Positions 48,305-58,408 of a stretch of DNA of 64,000 nt are shown here, piece after piece. Source of the DNA: Chthoniobacterales bacterium (GTDB lineage Bacteria; Verrucomicrobiota; Verrucomicrobiia; Chthoniobacterales; Chthoniobacteraceae); contig JBBQZX010000013.1 of the NCBI GenBank assembly GCA_038207335.1, forward strand, positions 1 to 64,000. The letters run 5' to 3'. The notes under the pieces are model-generated. The model was not told the DNA's origin and did not search any database. It saw only the letters and a list, made by a program, of their open reading frames with translations. Position numbers and translations under genes: made by a program. Within the stretch, counting starts at the first letter, position 1; each line of letters begins with the position of its first letter.

Positions 48305-48541
48305 AGTGCCACTTTGGCACGCCCCCGTGCCTGCCGCTCCGACGGGTCGGCCTCCGTGTGATGTCCGACCGCGTTCTCTCGCGAAAAACGTGCTCTCACG
48401 ACCCATCGTGGAGAGGCGCTGCCGCGCTTTGGCAGGCATGGCGCGCTGAGCGACACCATCCACCCTAGTCCCGATAGAAAAATGCACGCGAGGCTCACGG
48501 CGCTGTAGCTATTCGTCGGCGTTTAGGCGATAAGCTCGCTC

Positions 48542-51500
48542 ATGATCTCGCGCATCTTTGTCTGGGTGGTGGTTCTCATGATGGTCATTGGATCGTCCAA
48601 GGGGGCGGAGCTCATGGTGCAGGGGGATGTTTTCGATCCGACGAAGACGCTGGAGGTGCGTTTTAGCACGGACATGGTGTCGCGGGATGCGCTGGGCGTG
48701 GCGGTGAAGGAGTCTCCGCTGGTGGTGTCGCCGGAGCTGCCGGGGAAGTGGACCTGGCTGAGCCGGCGGAGCGGGGTTTTCGTGCCGAGTGAGGCGCCGA
48801 GGCTGGGGACGGCGTATCGGCTGGCGCTGCGCGAGGGGCTGGCGGATGCGGCGGGGGAACGGCTGACGCAGAAGATCGATCGGACGCTGAAGACGCCCGC
48901 TTTTGAGATGACGACGGTGCTGCCGGGGGCGAGTCCGGAGGGGAGCATCGGGGCGCAGCAGGAGGTGCGGATGGCGTTCGATGCGGAGGTGAAGCTGGAG
49001 ACGGCGAAGTTCACATTTATCGGCGGCGATGGGCGGTCGGTGCCGGGGGAGGTGCGTTATGCGGTGAAAAGGGACTATTTTAATGTGAAGCCGGAGCAGG
49101 GCGACTGGACGGCGCGGTGGACGGGCGCGAAGCCGGTGGTGGTGGAGCCGGATGACGACGATGACGACGCGCCGGACCCGAAGGCGCAGGCGCCGCTGAA
49201 GGATCGCATCGTGGTGACGCCGCGTGGGGTTTTGACGCCGGGGCTGCCTTGGCGGCTGGAGATGGCGGCGGGGCTGGAGTCGCTGGCAGGCGGATACCGC
49301 ATCGAGAAGCCGCGGACGTTTGGGCTCGGGACGGTGCTGGCTTTCACGCTGAAAAGTGTGGCGACGGCAAGCTACGTGAATGAGGGGCGGAGTGTGACGC
49401 TGGCATTCGAGGGGCGGCTGGCGCCGGATGTGGATGCGGGGACGTTTGAGCGGTTTCTGAAGATCACGCCGGCGGTGCCGGAGCTAAGGTTGGAGGCGGA
49501 TTGGGACAGCACGGTGCTGAAGGGGAAATTCGAGCGGGGGGTGGAGTACACATTGAGGCTGGACCCGTCGCTGTTGTCGTCGGCGGGGCTGCCGGTGAGC
49601 GGGGAGCTGGCGCACAAGTTCACGTTTCAGCCGGTGGTGCCGCGGGTTTATCTGCCGAAGTTCACGGGGCATCAGATCGCGGAGGGACGTCGGGTTTTCG
49701 ATGTGGATTCGGTGAACCTCTCAGCGCTGAAGGTGACGGCGCTGCTGGTGGAGTCGGCGGCGGTGGCGGATGCGATAGAGGCGTTTAAGAAGTATGACCG
49801 GGAGTCGGGGGATGACGGTGCGCAGGATGAGCCGTATCAGGCGCTCGCGCCGGGTGCGTTGAAGGGACGGGTGATTTTCGAGAAGAAGATGGCGCTGCCG
49901 GATGCGGCAATGGATGTGGAGCAGAGGACTTCGCTGGACTGGAATGAGATCCTGGGGGCGCGTCGGACGGGCTGTGTGCTGCTGACGGTGGAGGGGGTGC
50001 CGATGGCGATAGAGGGGGCGCGGACTCCGGCGGCGCAGACGCTGATGCAGCTCACGGACCTGGGTGTGATATGGAAAGTGACGGAAGCCGGGCTGCGGGT
50101 GAATGTCTTCTCGATGGCGACGGGGAAGGCTCTAGCGGGGACGAAGACGGTGCTGCTGGATGAGGATCGGGCGCCGCTGGCAAATGGCGCTTCGGACGCC
50201 GCGGGGGCGGTGGTGCTGCCGGTCGCGGAGAAGATGGCGTGGCTCCGGGTGAGCAGTGGCGCGGATGCGTTCACGATGCGGATGGGGCAGGGGGAAGAGC
50301 TGCCGATGGAGGGCTTTGGCCTGCGCATCTGGTATAATGGCTGGGGCGGGAATGCGGCGGATGCGAAGGATCTGGAGGGGCTGATTTTCACGGATCGACC
50401 GCTGTACCGGCCGGGGGAGAAGGTTCACGTAAAGGGGATGGTGCGTCGGGTGGATGCGGACGGACTGGCGGTGGAGCCGGGCATGGCGGGCGTGGTGAGG
50501 CTGCTGTGGCCGCGGGGGGATCGCTCGACGACGGTGGACATCCGGACGGATGCGCACGGGGCGTTCGATGCGACGCTGGAGTTGGACTCGACTTCGGTGG
50601 GAAGGTTCTCGATGTCGTCGAAAATGGAGGGTTCTCGCGCGGTGTACTCGACATCTTTCCAGGTGGCGGAGTTTCAGCCGAACGCGTTTGAGGTGGCGGT
50701 GGAGATCCCGCCGCGTCTCGCGCCGGGCGATGCGGTGAGCGCGGCGGTGTCGGGGAAGTATTTCTTCGGCTCACCGATCGCGGGCGCGGATGTGAAGTGG
50801 ACGCTGCAAGGCGGGCCGACGTCGTTTGCGCGGGAGGATTACGAGGGGTTCACTTTTATCTCAGATTTGTACAACGGGCTGAAGACTCTGACGCTCCGGG
50901 GGGAGGGGAAGCTGGACGGGAGCACGAAGATTTCGCCGAGACTGCCGGAGGCGGATCACGCGCCGCAACGCGGGACGCTGACGGTAGAGGTGACGGACGT
51001 GAACCAGCAGACGGTGTCGGCACGGAGGGATTTCGTGCGGGATGCGTCGGCGTTTTATCTGGGGCTGGCGATGGGTGATTCGAATGTGCTGCGAGTCGGG
51101 GAGGCGATCACGGGGACTGCGATTGCGGTGACGCCGGAGGGCGAGCCGATGGAGAAGCCGGTGAAGATCAAGGCCGCGCTGGTGCGGGTGGTGGAGCGGA
51201 CGGTGCGGGTGCAAGGGGCGGGCGGCGCGGTGTCGTTCTCATCGAGCACGGAGGAGGTGCCTGTGGAGACGGTGGAGGGGGCGACATTGATGCCGGAGCG
51301 GGTTGGCGAGACGTGGAAGGCGCCGAAGGGCGCGTCTTTTACGATGAAGCCGGTGAAGGCGGGGTCGTATCGGCTGAGCATCTCGTCAGTCGATGCGGGC
51401 GGGCACGCGGTGGCGACGGAGCGCGGATTTTACGTGTCGGGCGAGGCGCAACTGGCGTGGGATTTTCGCAATCCGGCGCAGGTTGATCTGATTGCGGACA

Positions 51501-54151
51501 AGGCGAAATACCATGTTGGCGAGACGGCGCGGGTGCTGGTGAAGTCGCCGTTCACGGGCGAGGCGACGGTGAGCGTGGAGCGCGCGGGGGCGATCCGTCG
51601 GCAGTGGCAGGTGAAGCTGGAGGGGAACGCGCCGGTGATCGAGGTGCCGATCGAGAAGGGAGACGCGCCGAATGTTTTCGTATCGATGATGCTCGTGCGC
51701 GGGTCGGAGGCGAGCACGCGGAAATTCAAGACGCCGGAGTATCGATACGGCGTGTGCGACTTGAAGGTGGAGAACCCGGACGCGGCACTCGCGGTGACGA
51801 TCGCGCCGGAAAAAGCGGACGTGCAGCCGGGCGAAGAGGTCGTGTCGGTGGTGACGGTAAAGGGCGCGGATGGCAGGCCGGCGGTGGATGCGGATGTGAC
51901 GTTTTATGCTGTGGATGACGGCGTGCTGGCGCTGACGGGCTTCGAGCGGCCCGATCCGCTGGCGACGTTCAGCGAGCCTTTTCCGCTGAGCATCCGGACG
52001 GGGATTTCGTTGATGGAGTTGCTGGCGGAGGACCCGGCTGATCTCGGCTTTGCGAACAAAGGATACTTGATCGGAGGCGGTGGGACGGAGGGCCCGGGGC
52101 TGTCGTTGCGCACGAATTTCCCAGGCACGGCGGTGTGGCTGCCGTCGCTGCGGACGGGCGCGGATGGGACGGTGACGGCGCGCTTCAAGGCGCCAGATGC
52201 GCTGACGCGATACCGGCTCGTGGCGGTGGTGAGCGAGGGCGCGGGGCGTTTCGGCGCGGCTGAATCGGCGGTGGCGATCAAGAAGCCGCTGATGGTGCTG
52301 TCGGCGCTGGGACCCGTGGCGCACGTCAGGGATCGGCTCATCGCGCGGGCGGTCGTGCGGAATGAAAGCGGCGCGGATGGGACCGTAAAACTCACGCTGA
52401 AGCTGGACAACACGGCGACTGCGGCGGAGGAGCTGGCGTCTGCGTTCGCGCTGAAGAAAGGCGAGTCGCGGATGGTGGATTTTCCGGTGGAAATCCGCGC
52501 GATTGGGGATGGGCACTGGGTTTGGGAGGGGAAACTGGAGGCGGACGGGCAGACTTTTCACGATGCCGTGGAGGCGGTGGTGCGTGTCGATTCGCCCGCG
52601 CCGGTGCTGCGGGAGATTTACTTCACGGAGCTGCTGCAGCCGCGCAATGACTTGCTCGCGGGAGTGAATCCGCAACTGCTGGAAGGCACTGGCGCGATGA
52701 CCGTGACGCTCTCGAACACGCGCCTCGCATCGCTGCGGAGCGCCGCGGAGGAGCTGCTGAATTACCCGTACGGTTGCGCGGAGCAACTCGTGTCGAGCAT
52801 CGCGCCGTGGCTCACAGTCGCGGAGCTGGAGCCGGTGCTGCCGGGGGCGCTAAAGAATCGCGACGTGCAGAAAACGGTGCAGGCGGGCATCGAGAAGATC
52901 ATGACGCTGCAAACGAAATCCGGCGGCCTCGCCTACTGGCCGGGCAAGTCGGAGGCTGAGCTTTTCCCGACAGCATGGGCGGTGATCGTCCTCTCGCGTG
53001 CCGAGCGCGCGGGCGCGGCGCAGCCTGCCGGCTGGAAAGCAATGCTCGATTTTCTCACGAACTCGCTGCGCGGCGCGGCGAATGAACGGCCCGGGATGTC
53101 GCTGGAGGATCGTGTCTTCGCGGCCTACGCGCTCGCGCTCGCGGGCACGCCGGAGCCGGCGTATCACGCGGTGCTGCTGCGGCGGCGGGCGGAGCTTTCG
53201 CACGAGTCGCGCGCGCTCCTCGCGATGGCGATGATGCTCGGCGGCGAGAGGGGGAATGTAATCGCGACGCTGCTCGACCGGCGCGCGGAGGCAGGCGAAA
53301 GCTGGTCGTGGTTTGGCAGCCAGTCACGCTCGCTCGCGATCGAGCTGATGGCGTGGAGCCTTTACCAGCCGAAGGATCCCGAGGTGTCGCGGCTCGTCGC
53401 GGAGCTGCTCCAGGCGCGGCAAAATGGGAGCTGGCGCACGACGCAGGGCAACGCGTGGGCGCTGCTCGCGCTGTCAGAATACTTCACGCGGGTGGAGGGG
53501 AAGCTGATGCCGGTGAACGCGACGATGAGTCGCGCGGGCGTCGAGATTCCGGTCGCGCTGACGACCGAAAAACTGAGCCAGGCGTGGCCGTTCGAGTTCA
53601 CTGAAAATGCGCCGCTGGGGCCGCTGGAAGTCGCGAATCCGCAGAAGCGCAATCTCTTCGGCGAGACGAAATTCGTCGTGCGCCCGCCGGTCGCAGATCA
53701 GCCGCGGCAGGATCGCGGATACTCGGTGACGAGGCTTTACCAGAAACTCGGCGCGGACGGTGCGCTGGCCGATGCGGACGATCTCCGAGTCGGCGACCGC
53801 GTGCTCGTGACGCTGCACATCGAGACGCAGGTGCCCGGACATTTCGTCGCGATCGACGATCCGCTGCCGGCAAATCTCGAAGCCGTGAATCCCGAATTCA
53901 AAACGCAGCAAGTCGGCGGTGCGGGCGGACTCGCAGCAGCGTGGGACGCGGATTTCCGCGAAACGCGAACGGATCGCGTCGTCTATTTCTGCGACCACTT
54001 GCAAGCGGGCGCCTACACGTTCCGATACCTCGCGCGCGTCCGCTCGGCGGGTGAAGTCATCGCGCCCGCGACGAAAGCCGAAGAGATGTATCGCCCCGAG
54101 CGCCTCGGCCTCAGCGCCACCGCGCGGCTGAAAAGCGCACCGCCGAAATGA
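48542..54151 (+). CDS. Bacterial alpha-2-macroglobulin family protein
   Basis: FTDRPLYRPGEKV, VDDGVLALTG, PDALTRYR, thioester motif YPYGCAEQ, TTQGNAWAL and AEEMYRPE. Confidence 0.93.
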   Translation: MISRIFVWVVVLMMVIGSSKGAELMVQGDVFDPTKTLEVRFSTDMVSRDALGVAVKESPLVVSPELPGKWTWLSRRSGVFVPSEAPRLGTAYRLALREGLADAAGERLTQKIDRTLKTPAFEMTTVLPGASPEGSIGAQQEVRMAFDAEVKLETAKFTFIGGDGRSVPGEVRYAVKRDYFNVKPEQGDWTARWTGAKPVVVEPDDDDDDAPDPKAQAPLKDRIVVTPRGVLTPGLPWRLEMAAGLESLAGGYRIEKPRTFGLGTVLAFTLKSVATASYVNEGRSVTLAFEGRLAPDVDAGTFERFLKITPAVPELRLEADWDSTVLKGKFERGVEYTLRLDPSLLSSAGLPVSGELAHKFTFQPVVPRVYLPKFTGHQIAEGRRVFDVDSVNLSALKVTALLVESAAVADAIEAFKKYDRESGDDGAQDEPYQALAPGALKGRVIFEKKMALPDAAMDVEQRTSLDWNEILGARRTGCVLLTVEGVPMAIEGARTPAAQTLMQLTDLGVIWKVTEAGLRVNVFSMATGKALAGTKTVLLDEDRAPLANGASDAAGAVVLPVAEKMAWLRVSSGADAFTMRMGQGEELPMEGFGLRIWYNGWGGNAADAKDLEGLIFTDRPLYRPGEKVHVKGMVRRVDADGLAVEPGMAGVVRLLWPRGDRSTTVDIRTDAHGAFDATLELDSTSVGRFSMSSKMEGSRAVYSTSFQVAEFQPNAFEVAVEIPPRLAPGDAVSAAVSGKYFFGSPIAGADVKWTLQGGPTSFAREDYEGFTFISDLYNGLKTLTLRGEGKLDGSTKISPRLPEADHAPQRGTLTVEVTDVNQQTVSARRDFVRDASAFYLGLAMGDSNVLRVGEAITGTAIAVTPEGEPMEKPVKIKAALVRVVERTVRVQGAGGAVSFSSSTEEVPVETVEGATLMPERVGETWKAPKGASFTMKPVKAGSYRLSISSVDAGGHAVATERGFYVSGEAQLAWDFRNPAQVDLIADKAKYHVGETARVLVKSPFTGEATVSVERAGAIRRQWQVKLEGNAPVIEVPIEKGDAPNVFVSMMLVRGSEASTRKFKTPEYRYGVCDLKVENPDAALAVTIAPEKADVQPGEEVVSVVTVKGADGRPAVDADVTFYAVDDGVLALTGFERPDPLATFSEPFPLSIRTGISLMELLAEDPADLGFANKGYLIGGGGTEGPGLSLRTNFPGTAVWLPSLRTGADGTVTARFKAPDALTRYRLVAVVSEGAGRFGAAESAVAIKKPLMVLSALGPVAHVRDRLIARAVVRNESGADGTVKLTLKLDNTATAAEELASAFALKKGESRMVDFPVEIRAIGDGHWVWEGKLEADGQTFHDAVEAVVRVDSPAPVLREIYFTELLQPRNDLLAGVNPQLLEGTGAMTVTLSNTRLASLRSAAEELLNYPYGCAEQLVSSIAPWLTVAELEPVLPGALKNRDVQKTVQAGIEKIMTLQTKSGGLAYWPGKSEAELFPTAWAVIVLSRAERAGAAQPAGWKAMLDFLTNSLRGAANERPGMSLEDRVFAAYALALAGTPEPAYHAVLLRRRAELSHESRALLAMAMMLGGERGNVIATLLDRRAEAGESWSWFGSQSRSLAIELMAWSLYQPKDPEVSRLVAELLQARQNGSWRTTQGNAWALLALSEYFTRVEGKLMPVNATMSRAGVEIPVALTTEKLSQAWPFEFTENAPLGPLEVANPQKRNLFGETKFVVRPPVADQPRQDRGYSVTRLYQKLGADGALADADDLRVGDRVLVTLHIETQVPGHFVAIDDPLPANLEAVNPEFKTQQVGGAGGLAAAWDADFRETRTDRVVYFCDHLQAGAYTFRYLARVRSAGEVIAPATKAEEMYRPERLGLSATARLKSAPPK

Positions 54152-56373
54152 AGCGACGGCTTGCGAAAATCGCGCTCGCGCTCGCGCTGCTTGCGGTGGC
54201 GGTCGAGGTCGCGATTCTCTGCACGCCGCTGCCGCGCTCGCTAACGGACGGGCTCCCGCCGAGCGTGGAATTCCTCGACCGCGACGGCCATCCGCTGCGG
54301 CTCCTACTCGCGGATGAGTGCCGATTTTCGCGCCAGATCGCAACGCCCGATCTCGCCCCCGCGATCATCGATGCCACGCTCAGCGCCGAGGACAAGCGCT
54401 TCTTTTCGCACCACGGCATCGACCCGTTGGCGACCGCGCGCGCTGTGTGGCAGAGGATTCGCGGGGCATCGGTGGCCTCGGGCGCATCGACGATCACGCA
54501 GCAAGTCATCAAGCTCGCCGTCCCCGGCCAGCGCACCATCGCGCGCAAGCTGCGCGAAATTTGGCTCGCGCTGGCGCTCGAGCAGACGTGGAGCAAAGAG
54601 CGCATCCTGACGGAATATCTGAACCGTCTCGAATACGGGAATCTCTGCACAGGCATCGCCGCCGCGAGCCGCTTCTACTTTCAAAAACCGCCCGCCGATC
54701 TCAGCCCTGCGGAGGCTGCATTCCTAGCCGGAATTCCCCGCGCTCCGAGCCGCCTGAATCCCCGCACCGACCCCTCCGCCGCGCGAGCCCGTCAGCAGTG
54801 GGTGCTCGCGCGCATGGCTGCGAACCGCCGCATTGACGCCGCCACATTCTCCCGCGCGCTCGACGAGCCGCTGCACATCGCGCCGTCCGGCCGTCAATTC
54901 GAGGCCCCGCATTTCGTCGATCTTCTCCTCCACCGCAGTGGTCTCACGCCCGCCGCCGACGGCACTGTGCGCACGACCCTCGACCTCGCGCTCACGCATT
55001 TCGCAGAGGAGAGCATCGCGAAAAACGTCGCGCTCCTAGCCGACAAAAACGCCGGCAGCGGCGCCGCCGTCGTCATCGACAACGCCACCGGTGACGTCCT
55101 CGCGCTCGCCGGCTCCGGCGATTATTTCCAGACCGGTGACGGCCAGATCGACGGCGCGTGGATGGTGCGCTCGCCCGGCTCCGCGGTGAAACCCTTCACC
55201 TACCTCCTCGCGCTCGAGGCCGGCGCGGAGCCCGCGACTATCGTGCCCGACGTGCCGACCGAATTCGCCACGGACACCGGAATCTACCGCCCCAACAACT
55301 ACAACCACCGCTTTTACGGCCCCGTCAGCCTCCGCTTTGCGCTCGGCAATTCCCTCAACGTCGGCGCCATCCGCGCGCTCCAGATCGGCGGCGGCACGGA
55401 GGCGCTACATCGCTTCCTGCGAAAGTGCGGCATCACGACCCTCGGCCACCCCGCCGACTACTACGGCCTCGGTCTCACGCTCGGAAACGGCGAAGTCCGC
55501 CTGCTCGAACTCACCAACGCCGTCGCCGCGCTCGCGCGCCTCGGCACCTACCGCCCGTATCGCCTTCTCGCGCGCGCCGACATCGCGCCCGGCACTCGCA
55601 TTTCCAGTCGCGAGAGCGCATGGCAGCTCGCCGACATGCTCAGCGACAACGCCGCACGCCTTGCCTCATTCGGCTCGAATTCCTACCTCCACTTCGACTT
55701 CCCCGTCGCCTGTAAAACCGGCACCAGCAGCGACTACCGCGACAACTGGACAGTCGCCTACACCCCCGAGTTCAGCGTCGGCGTATGGGTCGGGAACCCT
55801 GATAACAGCAAGATGCGCGGCACCACGGGCGTCAGCGGTGCGGCGCCGATCATGCACGAAATCATGGCCCACCTGCACCAGCGCTTCGGCACCTCGTGGT
55901 TCGAACGGCCCGCGGTTTTGGGAAAATATCCGATTGATCCGCTGACCGGTCATCTCGTGGAAAGCACGCGGCCCGGCGCGCTCTCCGAGTGGTTTCGCAC
56001 GCCGCCGCGCGCGGATCCCAGCGATTACGCTGCAAGTGGAAAAGTGCGACTTTCACCAGCCTACCGCGAATGGATCACAGGCCCGCAAAACACGCTCGGC
56101 GCACTCGCCACCATCGCCGACACCGCGCCCGCGCTGCGCATCATCGAGCCCGAACCGGGGAGCATCTATTACATCGACTCCGACCTCCCCGCGGAGAGCC
56201 AGTGGATCCCACTACGAGCCGAGGGCGGAGGCGAAATCGCATGGACCGCCGACACAGCATCGCGACTTGAAACCGCGCGCCTCTACCTCGGCGAAGGCCG
56301 CCACGACTTGATCGCCAGTGATTCCGCCACCGGCGCAAAAGCGCAGACATGGATCGAAGTGCGGGTGTGGTGA
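54148..56373 (+). CDS. pbpC: Penicillin-binding protein 1C
   Basis: Transglycosylase EDKRFFSHHGID, GASTITQQ and RKLRE; transpeptidase SAVK, SLN and KTGT. ATGA overlap with the macroglobulin gene. Confidence 0.9.
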   Translation: MKRRLAKIALALALLAVAVEVAILCTPLPRSLTDGLPPSVEFLDRDGHPLRLLLADECRFSRQIATPDLAPAIIDATLSAEDKRFFSHHGIDPLATARAVWQRIRGASVASGASTITQQVIKLAVPGQRTIARKLREIWLALALEQTWSKERILTEYLNRLEYGNLCTGIAAASRFYFQKPPADLSPAEAAFLAGIPRAPSRLNPRTDPSAARARQQWVLARMAANRRIDAATFSRALDEPLHIAPSGRQFEAPHFVDLLLHRSGLTPAADGTVRTTLDLALTHFAEESIAKNVALLADKNAGSGAAVVIDNATGDVLALAGSGDYFQTGDGQIDGAWMVRSPGSAVKPFTYLLALEAGAEPATIVPDVPTEFATDTGIYRPNNYNHRFYGPVSLRFALGNSLNVGAIRALQIGGGTEALHRFLRKCGITTLGHPADYYGLGLTLGNGEVRLLELTNAVAALARLGTYRPYRLLARADIAPGTRISSRESAWQLADMLSDNAARLASFGSNSYLHFDFPVACKTGTSSDYRDNWTVAYTPEFSVGVWVGNPDNSKMRGTTGVSGAAPIMHEIMAHLHQRFGTSWFERPAVLGKYPIDPLTGHLVESTRPGALSEWFRTPPRADPSDYAASGKVRLSPAYREWITGPQNTLGALATIADTAPALRIIEPEPGSIYYIDSDLPAESQWIPLRAEGGGEIAWTADTASRLETARLYLGEGRHDLIASDSATGAKAQTWIEVRVW

Positions 56374-56417
56374 TTGGAAGACGAGCGACTTTCGGGCGCG
56401 GGCGTGCACCCCTCAGA

Positions 56418-56813
56418 TCACACTCGGACCCGATCAAGGACCGCGCGTTTCCAGATCGGCACGTGGCGCTTCATTCGATCGATCGCGGCGGAACAGAATG
56501 CGAGTGCTTCGCTGCGATGGGCGGAGAAGATGCGGATGAATAGCGACGCCTCGCCGACGGGGACGACTCCGAGACGATGGATGAATACGATGGCGCGGAC
56601 GGGGTGTGGGGCGGATAAATCGTCGAAGATTCGTGCGAGCTGTTGGGATGCCATCGGCTCGTAAACGCTGTATTCAAGCGCCTTCAGCGGCTGTTCATTC
56701 TCTAGCTCGCGGACGATTCCGTAGAATTCCACGCACGCGCCGATCTCGCGCGACGGCAGCGTGATGGGCGGTGGGACGATCTCGGTTTCGATGAAAAGTA
56801 TGCTCGTTTCCAT
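56418..56813 (-). CDS. moaE: Molybdopterin synthase large subunit
   Basis: GACVEFYGIVRE, LEYSVYEPMA, HRLG, SAHR and PIWK. Confidence 0.92.
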   Translation of the reverse strand: METSILFIETEIVPPPITLPSREIGACVEFYGIVRELENEQPLKALEYSVYEPMASQQLARIFDDLSAPHPVRAIVFIHRLGVVPVGEASLFIRIFSAHRSEALAFCSAAIDRMKRHVPIWKRAVLDRVRV

Positions 56814-56817
56814 GAGT

Positions 56818-57048
56818 CTAGCCGCCGCTGACCGGTGGAATGAGCGCAAGTTCGCGGGCGGTGCCGATCGGAGTGTCCCAGTCGTGATATTCACAATCGA
56901 CGGCGACGCGCATGGACGTGGGATCGAGCGTGGGCGCGATGCGGGCGAGGATGGCGCGGGGCGTTTCGGTGGTGTTGCACTCGATCTCGCGCTCGCGGAA
57001 GCCGAGTTGGTCCTGCGCTATTGAGAAGGCGAGAAGGGTGAGCAGCAT
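56818..57048 (-). CDS. moaD: Molybdopterin synthase sulfur carrier subunit
   Basis: Small ubiquitin-like protein ending PPVSGG, directly upstream of moaE. Confidence 0.9.
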   Translation of the reverse strand: MLLTLLAFSIAQDQLGFREREIECNTTETPRAILARIAPTLDPTSMRVAVDCEYHDWDTPIGTARELALIPPVSGG

Positions 57049-57052
57049 AGAT

Positions 57053-57154
57053 GCCTGAAGGTTGAAAGACGCGGGTTGTGGGCTTGGAAACGAGAATCGC
57101 GGAGGCGGGGAATGCGGATCAACTCCCGTCTGCGATTTTGAACTCGATTCAGGC
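57053..57154 (+). ncRNA. Candidate structured RNA element upstream of moeA
   Basis: Nested stems gcctgaa/ttcaggc, cgggtt/aactcg, aatcgc/gcgatt and ggcggg/cccgtc, plus two GAAA-capped hairpins. Confidence 0.35.
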
Positions 57155-57196
57155 TTTGCGCTTCGCCGGTGAGTGGTGCGCGGATAAATTGCCGGC

Positions 57197-58390
57197 ATGA
57201 TTTCTCTCGCGGATGCGCGCGCTTTGATTGCCGAAAATGTCACTCATCTCGACGCAGAGGAGGCAAGTTTGAATGAAGCGCGGGGGCGGGTTCTTCGGGC
57301 GGATGTTGTGGCGGCGGAGGATTTTCCGGCGTTCGATCGATCGGCGATGGATGGGTATGCGGTGAGTTTTGAGGATGGCTCGGAGAGCTTTGCCGTCGTC
57401 GGCGAAATTCGTCCGGGTGAGGCAACGGATTTGCGGCTCGGGGTGGGGGAATGCGCGCGGATTTTCACGGGCGCACCGATGCCGGTGGGCGCGTCGCAGG
57501 TGCTGATGCAGGAGCATGTGAAGTGCGAGGGCTCGACGATGACGCCGCTTTCGCGGGACAACACACGGCATGTGCGGCGGCGTGGCGAGGATGCGCGGGT
57601 GGGCGATGTTTTGCTGCGCGCGGGTATGCGGCTCGGGGCAGCGGAGATGTCGTTGCTGGCTCAGGTCGGGGCGATCGCGCCGCGCGTTTCGCAGCAGTCA
57701 CGGGTCGTGCATTTTGTGACGGGAGATGAGCTTGTGCCGCCGTATGCGACGCCGGGGGAGGGGCAGATTCGGGATTCAAATTCGACGCTCGTGGCGGGTT
57801 TGCTCGCGGAGGTGGGCGCGCTGCTCGTGCAGCAGCGGCATTGCCACGACGATCTCTCGGCGCTCGTCGGCGAGGTGCGCGCGATCCCGGAAACCGCGTG
57901 GGATGTGCTGCTGATCTCGGGCGGCGCGAGCGTCGGCGATTACGACTTCGGCGCGGCAGCGCTGACTCAGCTCGGCTTCGTGATTCATTTTCGCTCGGTG
58001 AATTTGCGGCCCGGGAAGCCGCTGGTTTTTGCGACGCGCGGACGGCAGGCGGCGTTCGTGATCCCGGGAAATCCCGTGTCGCATTTCGTCGTGTTTCACG
58101 TTGCGATCCGACACGCGCTGGAGCGGCTCGAAGGCGCGGAAGCCGCATGGGAGCTCGTTTCTGTGGCGCTGGATGCGGAACTGAGCGCAGCGACTGGGGA
58201 TCGCGAGGCATTTCTGCCCGCGCACGTTTTTGCGAGCGGCGGGGAGTTGAAAGTGCGTCCGCTTGGGTGGCGCAGTTCGGGGGATTTGTGCGGGTTGGTT
58301 TCGGCCAATGCGCTGATCCATTCGCTGCCGGGCGAGGCGGCGCGGGCGGCCGGCGCGCACGTGAATTGCCTGTTGCTCGATCGGCGCTGA
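57197..58390 (+). CDS. moeA: Molybdopterin molybdotransferase
   Basis: FDRSAMDGYA, RIFTGAP, TGDEL, IRDSN, SGGASVGDYD, RPGKP and PGNPVS. Confidence 0.95.
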   Translation: MISLADARALIAENVTHLDAEEASLNEARGRVLRADVVAAEDFPAFDRSAMDGYAVSFEDGSESFAVVGEIRPGEATDLRLGVGECARIFTGAPMPVGASQVLMQEHVKCEGSTMTPLSRDNTRHVRRRGEDARVGDVLLRAGMRLGAAEMSLLAQVGAIAPRVSQQSRVVHFVTGDELVPPYATPGEGQIRDSNSTLVAGLLAEVGALLVQQRHCHDDLSALVGEVRAIPETAWDVLLISGGASVGDYDFGAAALTQLGFVIHFRSVNLRPGKPLVFATRGRQAAFVIPGNPVSHFVVFHVAIRHALERLEGAEAAWELVSVALDAELSAATGDREAFLPAHVFASGGELKVRPLGWRSSGDLCGLVSANALIHSLPGEAARAAGAHVNCLLLDRR

Positions 58391-58408
58391 GCGCGCTTTT
58401 CTCGACTC

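Noticed and set aside
48314..48331. Sigma-54 promoter (also near 31535 and 36050)
   Set aside because: GG-to-GC spacing is off by one base in each case.
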